Origin: Azolla caroliniana
Taxonomy: Eukaryota > Plantae > Polypodiophyta
Length of the DNA: 64,000 nucleotides
Direction: 5' to 3'
Assembly (NCBI GenBank): GCA_043228905.1
Contig: JBHGNT010000021.1
Coordinates: forward strand, 8,680,001-8,744,000
The notes below the pieces were generated by a model, which saw only the letters and a program-made list of their open reading frames with translations, made no database searches and had not been told where the DNA came from. Positions 1 through 12,359 of this stretch are shown one piece after another; positions within the stretch are counted from its first letter, which is position 1, and every line of letters starts with the position of its first letter. Both the position numbers and the translations under genes were made by a program.

Positions 1-863
1 TTTGTTCCGGTCATCCGGACTATCGCGGCCCCACGGCTTGATAGCCCTTTTTAAAAATCCTCTCGGTCGTCATTGCCGAGAGTGTCTCTAATATGCTCAG
101 GGTTATGTCGTACTGTCAGGAACTGAACAAAGTGACGACCGTCCTGACTCTTCACCCTTGCATTGGCTGAACCATTGTCCAACACTTTGGTTTCCATTCG
201 TGCTATTGTGATATATGGTTCACTGAGGATGACTCGATCAGAGGATGTGTCTTGCACGAAAAAGTGCTGGTCTATCTCGACATCACTAACCCCATGTAGC
301 TCCTCCGTGAGCCGCGTAGCCGTGCGTATCTTCCACCTGTGCTTGGTGTTGATTGGCCATTTCCCCTTTTTGTAGAAGTCCATGGACATCAGGTTAATTT
401 CCGACCCATGGTCAATCAATGTCACCACTGGCTCCTTCACATCCCTGATCCGAACCAGGGTTTCTTTCGTTGTTTTGGCCCAGTGCGGCCTTGTGTAGTG
501 GCTTTCTACAAGCTCGTCCTCTGCGGCCACCTCGTCGAGCAACGTTGCCCTTACCCCCACCAGCTTCTCCAGTTCTGGCTCTGTCGCGAGCCGCTTCCTT
601 TTTACGAGATCCACAATGCAATCGTGGAACTCTCTCCTTGCTATGCCTAGCACTTCTCTTAGTATGAGTTCTACGCGACTATCGAGGATTCGCTCTTCTA
701 GGACCTTTCGTAGGTCCGTAGTTTTCTCGATTTTCGAGATTAACCGGAAGCTCGGAACCTTGCCCTTTTCTCTTTCTTGAGATCCAGCCGGAGCGACATC
801 GTTCTTCTTAGGTCCTCTCCGGGTGTCATACCTCCCCGAAGGGCCCGCTCCTCCGGTCTTTCC

Positions 864-1191
864 GGCTTGCTTGTCATCGACCAGAACCGCGTAGTTCTGG
901 CACGCAGCTTCTACAAAGCCGGTTTTCTCCTCAACCTTGTCGCTCCATCCAGTGACATTGCATACACGTCTTTCTGCACGGTCTGCTTCCTCCTTTTCCA
1001 ACTTCCTTTCGGAGAAGGTCTCCTCCCCGAAGGGCTTGCTTGTCATCGACCAAAACCTCGTAGTACTCGCACGTGGCTTCTACAAAGCCGATTTTCTCCT
1101 CAACCGGGTCGCTCCATCCGGTGACATCGCGTACACATCTTTCCGCGCGGTCTGCTTCCCCCTTTTCCAGCTTCCTTTCGGAGAAGGTCTC
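864..1191. repeat. Imperfect ~160-bp tandem duplication in G1 gag
   Basis: 864-1022 and 1034-1191 both read GGCTTGCTTGTCATCGACC...TTCGGAGAAGGTCTC. Confidence 0.85.
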
Positions 1192-1466
1192 CAATACCAC
1201 CGGCCAAAATCCGAGGTTTCCATCAGGGCTAGTGGCATTTCCACCCATGTGGATGTCGAGTAGTGGATAACCTCGATGTGCCGCGCTGCAACCTCCTCAT
1301 GCCGCCTCATCCGGTGTTTACTTCAAGCATTCTGCATGTGTCACTTACGTGCACCCTGCCATTCCAAAGGTACACCACGTCGTTTTTGAGTGCTTCACCA
1401 AAGTCGGTACAATCTCTCCGGACGTGGCCGACAACATCGCACCATAAGCACCTTTGGTTGACCGAC

Positions 1467-3260
1467 GACAACATTTTGGCTTATCAAGAATCGAACCCAC
1501 GACTTCTTGGTCTATGTGTTGAACCCTTAACCATTGTAATAACATATATGTTGTGTGATTATAATAATTATATTTTTAATTATTACAAGATATTAGAATA
1601 TTCTAGAACATTCTAGATTATTCTAGAACATCCTTTAATATTTCATGATTATATTTCTTATCATAAAAATCTAAAATATTCTAGAACATTCTAGAATAGT
1701 CCATAAGGATCTATAAATAAGTGTCCATACATTCATTTCAACTCATTTGGCTCAACACCAGTCTTTAGCCCTTAGCCTACTCATTGTAATCTTGTTTCAT
1801 CATAATATAATCTCATTTCTATTTCAAGTCTGATCTCTCTCTCTCTCTCACGCACACACACACACACCCTCTCTCTTCCGGATGATATTATCAGTGATCG
1901 GGGTCCCCAATTCATCTCGAAATTTTGGCGGCACATGTTCAAACTCTTACATACTTCTTGTAAACTCTCTTTCGGCTACCATCCAGAGACTAATGGGCAG
2001 AGTGAGCGCACCAACCAAACAGTCGAACAATATCTATGTTGTTTTGTCAACTATCAACAAGATGATTGGGTGGATTTATTACATTTGGCGGAATTTGCCT
2101 ACAACAACTCCGAACATTCTTCTAATGGATATTCCCCATTTTTTGCTAACATTGGGTACCATCCTCGTTGGACGATGCTTGAACATCCCAAACATCCAGA
2201 TGTTGAAGATCGGCTCACTCGACTCCAAGAAGTTCTAGATATACTTTTGCATCATTTATATGATGCCCAAAACACTCAAAAGAAGATTGGTGATCGTAAT
2301 CGGTGTGATTCATCGACTACGTTTCAAGTAGGAGATCGTGTATGGCTCTTAGAAGGTAGCATTAAAACCACCCGACCTTGCTACAAATTGGATTATCAAC
2401 GTTTCCGCCCATATGTGATCTTTGGTAAGATCAATGATGTGACATTTTGTCTTGATATCCCTCCTCACATGCGTCTTTACCCGGTCTTCCATGTTTCACT
2501 TTTGGAGCCCTACACAACAAGCTCTATTCTGGGCCATCTTACACCTCTACCCCCTCCAATCGAAGTTTCCAATGACTTTGAATATGAGGTTGCTGCCATT
2601 CTCGACTCCAAGATCATCCGCAACAAACTATATTATTTGGTTGATTGGTTAGGTTATACACCTAATGATCAAACATGGGAGCTTGCTAATGCCTCCGACA
2701 TGGTTGTTGCATTTCACGACAAATATCCCCATAAACCAAGTCCGAACTCTCGTCTTCCGACTCGTGGAACTCGTCATCGAAAGGGGGGATAATGTCATGA
2801 AGACAACATTTTGGTTTATCAAGAATTGAACCCACGACTTCTTGGACTATGGGTTGAATCCTTAACCATTGTAATAACATATATGTTGTGTGATTATAAT
2901 ATAATTATATTTTTAGTTATTACGAGATATTAGAATATTCTAGAACATTCTAGATTATTATAGAACATCCTTTAATATTTCATGATTATATTTCTTATCA
3001 TAAAAATCTAAAATATTCTAGAACATTCTAGAATACTCCCTAAGGATCTATAAATAAGTGTCCATACATTCATTTCAACTCATTCGGTTCAACACCAGTC
3101 TTTAGCCCTTAGCCTACTCATTGTAATCTTGTTTCATCATAATATAATCTCATTTCTATTTCAAGTCTAATCTCTCTCACTCTCTCTCTCACGCACGCAC
3201 ACACACACACCCTCTCTCTTTCGCTATCGCTATCGCTCTCACTCTCGCTCTCACTCTATC
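1467..3260 (+). mobile_element. T1: internally deleted chromovirus (Tcn1-like): partial LTR - integrase C-terminus/chromodomain - LTR
   Basis: Direct repeats 1467-1879 and 2793-~3260 (second starts TGTCATGA); PPT AAGGGGGGATAA at 2781-2792; no TSD, both outer ends eroded. Confidence 0.85.
1875..2792 (+). pseudogene. pol: T1 integrase C-terminal half with GPY/F region and chromodomain
   Basis: LPDDIISDRGPQFISKFW...YHPETNGQSERTNQ...EYEVAAILDSKIIRNKLYYLVDWLGYTPNDQTWE. Confidence 0.9.
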
Positions 3261-3457
3261 TCCTACCCACGAGTCTCGACAGCCGTCGGTTGTGCGGTTG
3301 GCCTCCATCACCCCTTTGGGCCTGAGCGATCTGGAGATCGTGCACCATGTTCGTCAGCTCCTCTAGAGCCGCGCCCCCGGATGGTCCCGCAGCTATGTTG
3401 GTGAGGGCCTGGCCCGCCTCGAGCGACTTTCTCATTTCGTATGTTCGGGTCAGCACC

Positions 3458-3757
3458 TGTTAAAAAATATGCAGAATAGTCTCTGGCCACAACCGAAGAG
3501 TAAATCACTTTGTATAGTCGAACACAGAAGAAATGGAAATGGAGGTAAGTGCACAAACAGAAAGAGGAGAGAATACACAACATATGAACGTGGAAAACCC
3601 TAAGAGGGAAAAAAACCACGGGAGTCCACAGAGTCCAAACTATCACTATATCACAATGATTACAACAGTGAGCTCATGGAGGCAACGACCTCGTGCTCAC
3701 GATCTTCGCCACAGGTGGCGGTTACAACAGAGGCAACGACCTCTCTATATCTCAAGC

Positions 3758-3800
<43 letters not shown>

Positions 3801-4168
3801 ACACGGTTGTTCTCTCACAATCGCGACAACGACAATGACAACCACTGCACTAAGTTTGCCCTAAGTCATATTTATACTAAAATGACATTTTGGCTATTTA
3901 CAAATATAGGCCCGATGGACTCTCAGAAACATATTTACGAATATGTCCCTTCATCCGGTGAGCATTCCTCACCGGGCTGCATCATCCGGTGCTTGCCGGG
4001 CACTCATCATCCGGTTCTCACCGGGTCTTCCGTTTCCGGGTACTCCTCATCTGGTTCTCACTGGGTCTTCCGTTGCCGGGTACTCCACATCCGGTTTCGG
4101 CCGAGGCCGAGTTTGCTCATCAACACTGTTCTTCTCACTTCCCATCCGGAGGGACCTGTTTCCTGACC
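3458..4168 (-). mobile_element. Solo LTR of the Tnt1-like Copia family (C2/C3/C5)
   Basis: Reverse complement of the C3 LTR type (TGTTAGGAAACAGGTCCCTCCGGATGGG, CCGG-rich array, (GA)n); TSD GCACC at 3453-3457 and 4169-4173; terminal CA reads CC. Confidence 0.9.
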
Positions 4169-4855
4169 GCACCAACTTGGACCTTGTCTCTGGTGTCAGA
4201 CTGACTATCGAGGACCCCTCCTCTTTCTAGTCTCGCTGTTTGTCGATCTGACCGCATACTCCTTTGACCAGAGCCAATTGACCGTGAGCCCTTCGTTCGT
4301 CTCCAAGAGGAGACCCACATTATTGTGGTCGAGCAAGTCGAACGACTTAACAAATAACAAAACCTTGCTCATTTCAAGTAGGGTCCGGTCCAGTGTGGAA
4401 AGTCGAGCGAACCGTGACTCGAACTCCTAAAGGAGCACCGATGCGTTTCGACATTTGCGAGGGCTGTCAACCCAATCCATGAAATCTTTCTTTGACAGCT
4501 GGAGCGAGTCCTCGAAGCTGTATCGTTCGAGGATCCGTCCCTCAAAGTCCACCCAATCACGACAGTCCGCTTGTACCTCAAGCACTTCCGCATGGATGCT
4601 CGACATTATGACCCAAGGAAACCTAGTCAACCGTCTATCTTCTAGAATATTCCTCAACTGCATCTCGGCCCTATAGGCTTCCACGTAACTCGTGGCATCT
4701 TTCCCATTAAATCGGTCTATCTTGTCCACTGTCGCTTCTATGGCCTTGTCAAGGGCACCCGTGCCCTCGCGAACGCTAACCAGGTGGTCTACTGCCACCG
4801 CCATTGCTTTGGCGAGTTCGCTTCCTCTCATCTTCGGATTCCTTTGTTGTCCCTT

Positions 4856-4873
4856 TTCACGTTGGGTTCACCA
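4856..4873 (-). promoter_or_regulatory. G1 primer-binding site, tRNA-Trp (one mismatch)
   Basis: TTCACGTTGGGTTCACCA versus plant tRNA-Trp 3' end TTCACGTCGGGTTCACCA. Confidence 0.85.
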
Positions 4874-5092
4874 AAGATGTTGTGGAATTCCGTGTGGATG
4901 CGTGGAAATGGGGGTAGGACCACGGGGGTCTTGAACCAAGGAATCGAGCAAAGAGGAGGAATATCCCTCTTGTTGCGTTGTCGTGAAGATTTTCGTCCAC
5001 AAGCGGAAACCCGAGCAACGAGAGCCAAAGAGCGATGTGCAACGTTGCACACGTACATAATGTATTTGTAATAGTAATAAGCGTAAAGTGTA

Positions 5093-5697
5093 TGGTGCTA
5101 GAAATGCCCATAGGATCCCTATGGTATAAAGGTGATGTGGTCTTGTGCGCACATCCACGCGCGCGAGAGAGAGAGGTACTATGCGGTACATAGGTACCTA
5201 GTTGTTTGTGTGGAGGTGGGAGTTAAGGGGCCATCAATCTCACCCTCCCCAAATCAAGGCAAATATCCCCTTTGAATGAAAGGGGATATTTTAGTCTCAC
5301 TTTTGTAAACGGTCTTCCCTCCTTGTGCTATAAAAGGAGAGGGAAGGCACCATTGTGGGGGTTGCCTATTTTGAGTGTGCGAGGTATACCACATAGGTCG
5401 AGCGTTAGGGTTAGGGTTAGGTTTTCTTTATCTTTATCTTCATCTTCGTCGGTTAGGGTTTCGAGTAGTTGTTTGGTGCGGCCTATGCGGCCACCATTTT
5501 GTAATCGTTCATTTCGTTTTAATACATCTTGTTGATCATCTTGTCTCCATCTTCCTCTTGTTCGATCAAATCTCTTGTTCATTCTTCTTCTTCTTGAGCA
5601 AAGCTTCCATTCCATGTCCGATTCCTTCTCCTCTACTCCTTAGTCCAAGACCCCCATGGTCCCGCCCTTCTCCACGCACGCGCGTAGCAACGCGACA
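5093..5697 (+). mobile_element. Solo LTR related to the G4 LTR, inserted in the G1 5' LTR
   Basis: ~5318-5697 is the reverse complement of the G4 LTR as written; ends GCGACA; flanked by GTGTA at 5088-5092 and 5698-5702 (4- versus 5-bp TSD ambiguous). Confidence 0.8.
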
Positions 5698-5981
5698 GTG
5701 TACGCATAGACTGTAGATAGAATAGAGAGGGATAGGAGGGAGACGATTGTAGGTCACCGTTACAACGTGAAATGATGGACTTGCAACACAAGACAACAGA
5801 ATAGAATAACAATATTAGTTAGAACGTGCGCATGATGCGCAGGGAGTAGAACCGGTTTGTGCCGGGAACAGTGCTTCGAGCTCTACAGTAAACACATGCA
5901 GAGTGATGACCCTCTGGTTGGGAGCACACGGGCGTCTGACGCAAGCAGAGGATGCACCTTCCGGAGTTTAGTCACATGCGT

Positions 5982-6627
5982 TGTCGCGTTACTACGCGCG
6001 TGCGTGGAGAAACGAGGCGGGACCACCGGGGTCTTGGACCGAAGAGCAGGTGATAGAAGGGGAATGAGAGAGAGAGACGCCCTGTCACGTATGAGTAAGA
6101 AACACAGGGGGCACGACCCCTCAACACAGAAGACGCGAATGGACACAGAGACAGGGAGACACAAGTGTTTGTATATTAACGAATATCAAATACACAACAG
6201 AGCACGCGAGCGGCTACAACCGAGTAGGCCGGCGAACAGATGTCGATGCCTGCTCGTCTGCGCACGAAAGGAGAAAAGGGTGGAGGAGCTGCCGGAAGCA
6301 CACGGGCGTTCCTCGAAGCAGCGCGAGCCTCCCGAAACCCTGCAGAGAAGAGTGATGGAGAACGAACAGAGGAGAAGCGTTCGGTTCCGGTCCGGCAGCA
6401 CTTCGTCCTCCTTAATGCGCGATCCCTTCTCCCTCCGTCTCCCTCTCCTTTATAGCTTCAAGAAGGGAGCCGTCTCCCTCATTTACTCCCCACCCACCGA
6501 ATCTAACTACCCGGATATGCCTTTGTACTTAATTCCCTATTATATACATTAAGGGCGCGCACACGTGAAGAGTTGGTTCACGCGCGCTATGCACCGATTG
6601 CGCCAAGGGACGGTTTTCTTCACGACA
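5982..6627 (-). repeat. G2 3' LTR
   Basis: Direct repeat of 12360-13006. Confidence 0.95.
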
Positions 6628-9600
6628 TCCGCCCCCACCTAACCGCGCATCCACCGGTATGCGCCAAAACCGGCCCGGGTTTTGGTTGGAGAAAACCGGC
6701 CCGGGTTCCGTTTCTTCGTCCATCGGTTCCTCCTCCGTTTCGGACTGTTCGTCTTCGCTGTCCAGGCCTCTTAGATCCGGTTCGTCGTCGTGGCGCTTCT
6801 TGAACACTTTGATCTGCTTCCCTGCTACCGGCATCGCCATCCTCGTACCGTCGAGTTCCGCCAGGTGATACGTCCCGTTGTCGTTGGCGCTCGTTACCAC
6901 GTAAGGCCCGAACCACCGCTTCGCAAACTTCTGCGTTGCTCGGTGCTGGTTGTCGAGGCTGCTGTCGTAGACTAGCACCCAGTCGCCTTCCTCGATTTTC
7001 TTTGGCCGGAGCTGGTGCGTTCGGTCGAACCGGGATTTGTTCTTCATCCTCGCCGTCCGAAGTCTGTCCGCCGCTCGTGCCACGTCCTCTGGCTTTCGCT
7101 CGAGCTGCCGTATACGCACCGCTAGCAGTTCTTCCCGACCCATCTCGTCTCTCCAGTCGACTGTCGCCCAAGAGGAGATCGCCCGTTCCATCGGCATGAT
7201 CGGCTTCTGTCCAAACATGAGCTCTGACGGCATGAACCCGGTTACCGAGCTGTGCGTTGTCCGGTTTGCCCACAAGGCATAGGGTAACAGTCGTGGCCAG
7301 TTCCCGACCTGTCCTTCGCACGCCCGGACTAGCGATTTGATGATTGGCCCGTGACCGCGCTCCACCTTCCCGTTCGCCTCCGGATTGTACGCCGTGGTGA
7401 GCGAGAGCTTGACCCCTAACCGGTCGAATAGCTCCTCGGCCTCTTCGGCATCCAACTCCCCTCGGTCAGCCACGATCTTCTCGACGCACCCGTACCGGCA
7501 TATCACGTCCTAGATCAGGAACCGACACACGGCCGTAGTCATTTTGTTCTGCAGGGCTCAGTCTTCCACCTGGTTTGTCAGGTCCTCCGGGGCCAGTACC
7601 AGATATCGCATCTGCCCTACGCCCATCGGCATCGTCACCAGATCTACCATCCATTTGAAGTGGATGGTTGGAGGGTATGTAGGGTGAAGCTCGTCCCGAT
7701 GTCGGACTATGGAGTGCATCTGACAACTCTCACAAGTTGTCACGAACCGATGCACGTCCCGGTACAGTCCTGGCCACCAGTACTTCCCCTTTAGTTTCTC
7801 GAACGTGGCCCACGTTCCACGGTGTCCAACCCAGGGGTTGTCGTGGTAAGCCTTCAACAGCTCCTCCTGTTCTTCCTTCATCGCCACCACTCGGAGCGGG
7901 ATGCCGTTTCTCCTCTTCGGGTGCTTCCACAAGTATCCACCCCGGAGAAAGAATCGGTACGCTTTCTTCCGGATCCGGTTGGCCTCGTCCTTTGTCCATG
8001 ACGCGTCCGACGCCATTGTCCTTAAGAAACCTCCAATCTGCAGCCACTCCCCGTTGTACTTGCTCTCATCGAAATCGTTAAGTGCCGGAGTGCTCCCTCC
8101 CTTAGTTGTTACGTAAGCCGTCTCGAAGAAGTCTACGCCGACTTCCTCGTCCTCCGAAACCATGCCGCCCTCGTCGTTGAATCGTGCCCTCGAAAGCATG
8201 TCGGCCATGGCATTGTCTTTCTCGGAAATGTGTCGTATTTCCGGATCCAGGGACTTGATGTACGCTATCCACCTGAGCATCGCCAGGTCCGGGGTTGCGC
8301 ATCCGGAAACCATGCCGAGAATCGACATGCAGTCTGTCTCGATAATCACTTCTGTCCCGATCAGATAGTCTTTATCGGCCTTCACCGCCGAAACGATACC
8401 CCAGAGTTCGCGTTTAACCTGGGCGTATCCTCGCTGTCGCTCGCTAAGGACCTTCGCGCCGAACCAGATTGGGAACCGAATGCCGTCCTCATCTTCTTGG
8501 TTGACGACCCATCCGATCCTGGTCGGACTCGTATCTACCGTTATGTAGATGGGAGTGCCTTTCTCGTAGACAGCCTTCCGGAGTGCTGGTGCTGCAAAAA
8601 GAGCCTCCTTCATCTTTCGGACCGACTCCACATGCTCGTCTCGCCACTCGAATTTTCGCCCCTTTTTCAGCAACCCGTATAGCGGCTCGGCAATGTGGGC
8701 GTAATGTGGGATCCATATGTGGTAGAACGCACATGCTCCCAAAAACCTCCGTACCTCCGTGACCGAGTTACAGTCGGGCTTCATTAAGGAGATCGCTTCC
8801 ACCTTAGCCGGAGACGGTTTCCGGCCATACGGCTTGCATAGATGTCCGACGACCATGATCTCTGATTGCCCGAAGGCCGATTTCTCCCCGGAGAAGGTGA
8901 GCCTTGCGTCCTCTAGCCTCTGCACCACCCTCTCGCAGTCGTCAATGTGTGTCGCCACGAATTTCCGGCATCCGTCCGGTCCAATCGTTTCGTCCTTTTC
9001 CCCCACCGGACATCCCTTGATCGGGATGTCGTCCAAGAATGGCATGGTGATGTCCGGGATACAATCCCTCAGCACCTTGTTCATCGCATTCACCATGTGG
9101 GCCACCGAGTTCGTCCCTCCTTGTGGTAGGGTACACATCCGCACTAGGCCGAGAGGAGTCCGCATCGTCGTAATGTCTCTGCTCTCCACGGCTAGTTGGA
9201 ACTGATCGTACCCCGAGTATAGATCACCAACCGAGTAGATCGACCTTCCGGCGAAGGCCTCCGCGAACTCGTCTATCGTTGGTCCGATTCCTGCGTTCCG
9301 AATGGTCACTCTGTTGACCGGTTGCAGGTCTTGAATGAAGCGCAACGTCCCGTTCTTCTTCGGTACGGTAAACCACCGGTTCGAGTACGGGGCACTCGAC
9401 GGTTCGAGGATGCCCATATCGATTTTCTGCCTCAACAGCTCCATCAGCTCCGGGATGTGAGCTCTCGGTACTGGAATTGGTTTGAGATTCCACGGCACAT
9501 GCGGTACCGTGAATATCACCATTGGCTCCACGACTGTCGGGTCTACGCACCCGATCTCTTCCGGTGAGAATGCGAAGGCTTTCCCGTGCCTTCCGAGCAT

Positions 9601-10211
9601 TCTCCGAAACTGGTCTTCTTCTGCCGGTAGTAGGAACCCTCCCCCACCGATTTTGAGCTCCCGTAGCGTTCTGTCGGTGAAGGTGTGCCCTATGCAGGCC
9701 GGATCTCGTAAACTGGGGTCCAACGCGACCCCCTTGATTCGCAACTCGCTGCCCTCCGGTAAGGGTGCTGCGACTGGCCTTACCTTCTGGTCCACAGTCT
9801 TGTACTTCGTGTTAACCTGGGCCGTCCGATCCGACTCGAGCCCTCGACTGAAGTCCGCGATGACTTCGTACATCTCTTCTAAACAAACCGGTATCGTTCG
9901 GTCCTCTTTAAGGCCCTCTCCGACCACCTCTCGCAGTATTCCCAAGGTATCGTCGAAGGAGACCGCCTCCACGGCTCCGTTGATTTCCTCGCGGGGCCCG
10001 AGAACTCCGCACGCCCGAAGTCGCTCTTCCGCCCTTGTCTTTTCTCGGCCAACGACGCCAACTATCGTACACCCTCCGTTGTCGGAGAAACAAAACTTCC
10101 TACCTATGGTACAAGGTTTCTTCGGTTTCGCCTCTATCGTACATTTGTGGGGTTTTCCCGGAGTGTCCGGACTATCGCGGCCCCACGCCTTGACAGCCCT
10201 CTCTAAAAGTC
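6529..10211 (-). pseudogene. pol: G2 pol (RT, RNase H, integrase), disrupted near 7510-7560
   Basis: RT LRFIQDLQPVN...GDLYSGYDQ...PFLDDIPIKG; RH VDTSPT, ELWGIV; INT zinc finger and DRGELD/NGKVERGH. The frame is open from the slip site at ~10209 into the 804-aa ORF. Confidence 0.92.
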
Positions 10212-10212
10212 C
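10147..10212 (-). promoter_or_regulatory. Putative -1 ribosomal frameshift signal (slip site plus pseudoknot) after Gag-PR
   Basis: G GAC UUU UAG (G1: G GAU UUU UAA), 6-nt spacer, stem GGGCUGUC/GAUAGUCC, loop GUGGGG complementary to downstream CCCCAC; the -1 frame is the pol frame. Confidence 0.65.
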
Positions 10213-12302
10213 TCTCGGTTCTCGCTACCGAGGGACTCGCGGTTTCGCTCGTGGTTCAGTCGCATCGTCAGGAACTGGACCGAATGACGCCCGTCCTGAC
10301 TCTTGACCCTCGTGTAAGCCGACCCATTGTCCAACACCTTGGTCTCCATTCGCGTTGCCGTAATGTACGGTTCCCCTAGTATGACCGGGTGCGAGGACGT
10401 TTCCTGCACGAAGAAGTGCTGGTCTATCTCGACGTCGCCGATCTTGACTCGCACGTTTGGGCAGGCCCCGTGTAGTTCCTCGGTGGCGCGCGTCGCCGCC
10501 CGTATCTTCCACCCGTGCTTAGTGTTGATCGGCCATTTCCCCTTCTTGTAGAAGTCCATGGACATCAGGTTTATTTCCGAACCGTGGTCCACCAGCGCCA
10601 CCACCGGTTCCTGAACATCCCCGATCTTCACCGGGGTTTCTGTGGTCGCTCGGGCCCAGTGTGGCCTCGAATAGTGGCTCTCCGCCCACTCGTCTTCCAG
10701 TGCCATGTCCTCTATGTGCGCCGTCCGCACTTCCACCGGCCTTTCCAGTTCTGCCCCCGTCGACAGCCTCTTCCTCTTCACCAAGTCCACGATGGAGTCG
10801 TGGAACTCCTTCTTGGCGATCCCGAGCACCTCCCGCAGCGACAGTTCCACCTTGCTGTCGAGGATTCGTTCTTCCGGGACCTTTCGTAGGTCTGTGGTCC
10901 TTTCGATCTCCGTGCCCAACCGGTATCCGCCCTTCTTGTGGTTATCCCGGGCACTGGACCCACCGGCCTCGTTCCGTTTCGGCCCGAATCGGGTTTCGTA
11001 TCTCTGTGAGGGTCCGGCCGCTCCGATTTTACCTACCCGTTTGTCTTCAACCAGAGCCTCGTAGTTCTGGCAAGCTGCTTCGACGAAACCCGTCTTTTCT
11101 TCGACCGGGTCACTCCACCCGGTTACCTCCTGGACCTGCTTCTCCGCGCGGTCCGCCTCGTCTCTCTTCAGTCGGGCACCGGCGAGGCCTTCTAGCACCG
11201 TCGGCCAGAACTCCGCTTTGCTCTCCTTCCGGGCCCCGCTGCCCCCGACCCGAATACCGGTTGACACTTAGTAGTGGACGGTCTCCGCGTGCCGGGCTGC
11301 CGCCTCTTCCATCAACCTTTTCATTCCTCCTCTCCCGTCATTTCGGTTTAGGGCCCTCCGGGTATAGCTGGCGTGCACCCGACCTTCCCACAGGTACACT
11401 ACCCGGCTTCTCAAAGCCTCCATAAAGTCCCCGCAGTCTTTCCGGATGTGGCCGACCTCGTCGCACCACATGCACCTACTTCCTGCCGGAGCTCGTCGGT
11501 CACGAGTCTGATCGCCGCCTTCCCTCCGAGCATGGGCGATCTGGAGATCCTTTACCGCTCGTGTCAACTCCTCCAGAGCTGTCCCCCCGGACGAGCCTCT
11601 GATCACGCCGGTCGAAGACGAACCGGTTTCGAGCCACTCCCGGGTCTCTTCCCTTCGCGCCTGCGGTACCGGTTCAAGCTTCCTTGCTGCGACAGGTCCC
11701 GCCCCGATCGCCTCTGTATCAGCCCACTCCCACCGTTTGTCAAAACGGCCGCAGACTCTCTTTACTGCGGCCCAGTCGGTCGTCAGCCCGTCTTCGGTTT
11801 CTAGTAAGGAGCCAACTTGCCCTCGATCCCGTGCGTCAACGGATTTGACAAACAGTAGGACACGACTTGTGTCCAGAACGGTCCGATCGAGTGCCGAAAG
11901 GCGCACAAAGCGTTCCTCAAACTCCCGGAGGAGTACCGACGCACTTCTTCCTTTGTCGGGGGACTCCACCCGCTCCATGAAGCTCCGCTTCGAAAGTCGA
12001 AGCGCGTCATCCAGCCCGTATTTCTCCAGGAGCTGTCCTTCGAACTCCTCCCAGGTCCGGCTCTCCCCCCGGACCTCGAGCACCTCCGCATGGATGCCCG
12101 ACATCGCCACTCAAGGGAATCCGGCGAGACGCCTCTCTTCCGGAATATCCCTCATCAACATCTCAGCCCAGTAGGACGCCAAATATCTCGTGGCATCCTT
12201 TCCACTGAACCGGCCGATCGTATCGACGATCGCCTCAATAGCCCTGTCAAGGGCGCCGGTGCCCTCGCGCGCGCTCACTATCCAGTTCACGGTCGAAGCC
12301 AT
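10203..12302 (-). pseudogene. gag: G2 gag-protease ORF with two in-frame stops (12111, 11268)
   Basis: Three in-frame ORF pieces; CCHC CMWCDEVGHIRKDC; protease VDHGSEINL and VILGEPY. Confidence 0.92.
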
Positions 12303-12337
12303 CTGAACCCCTCATCTTCTGCTCCTCTGCCGCCTGT

Positions 12338-12355
12338 TTCACGTCGGGTTCACCA
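12338..12355 (-). promoter_or_regulatory. G2 PBS, 18-nt match to plant tRNA-Trp 3' end
   Basis: TGGTGAACCCGACGTGAA on the - strand, 4 nt from the LTR. Confidence 0.92.
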
Positions 12356-12359
12356 AAGA

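Larger units (their letters stand above)
51..4831 (-). pseudogene. gag: G1 gag-protease, interrupted and frameshifted
   Basis: ORFs 4427-4831, 4369-4593, 3256-3456, 931-1248 and 51-1046 align in order to G2 Gag-PR; zinc knuckle CLWCDVVGHVRRDC at ~1410-1452; ends REDF* as in G2. Confidence 0.8.

Noticed and set aside
5857-6552. 231-aa ORF and similar LTR-spanning ORFs, including poly-ER/LS ORFs
   Set aside because: Crosses an insertion junction, is broken in the sister LTR, or derives from (GA)n microsatellites.
9482-11425. Long antisense ORFs over G2 (and over G3, G4, C2)
   Set aside because: Shadows of GC-rich coding strands with no recognisable motifs.
12338-12355. tRNA-Trp gene fragment
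   Set aside because: Only the 3' 18 nt including CCA, next to an LTR: a primer-binding site.
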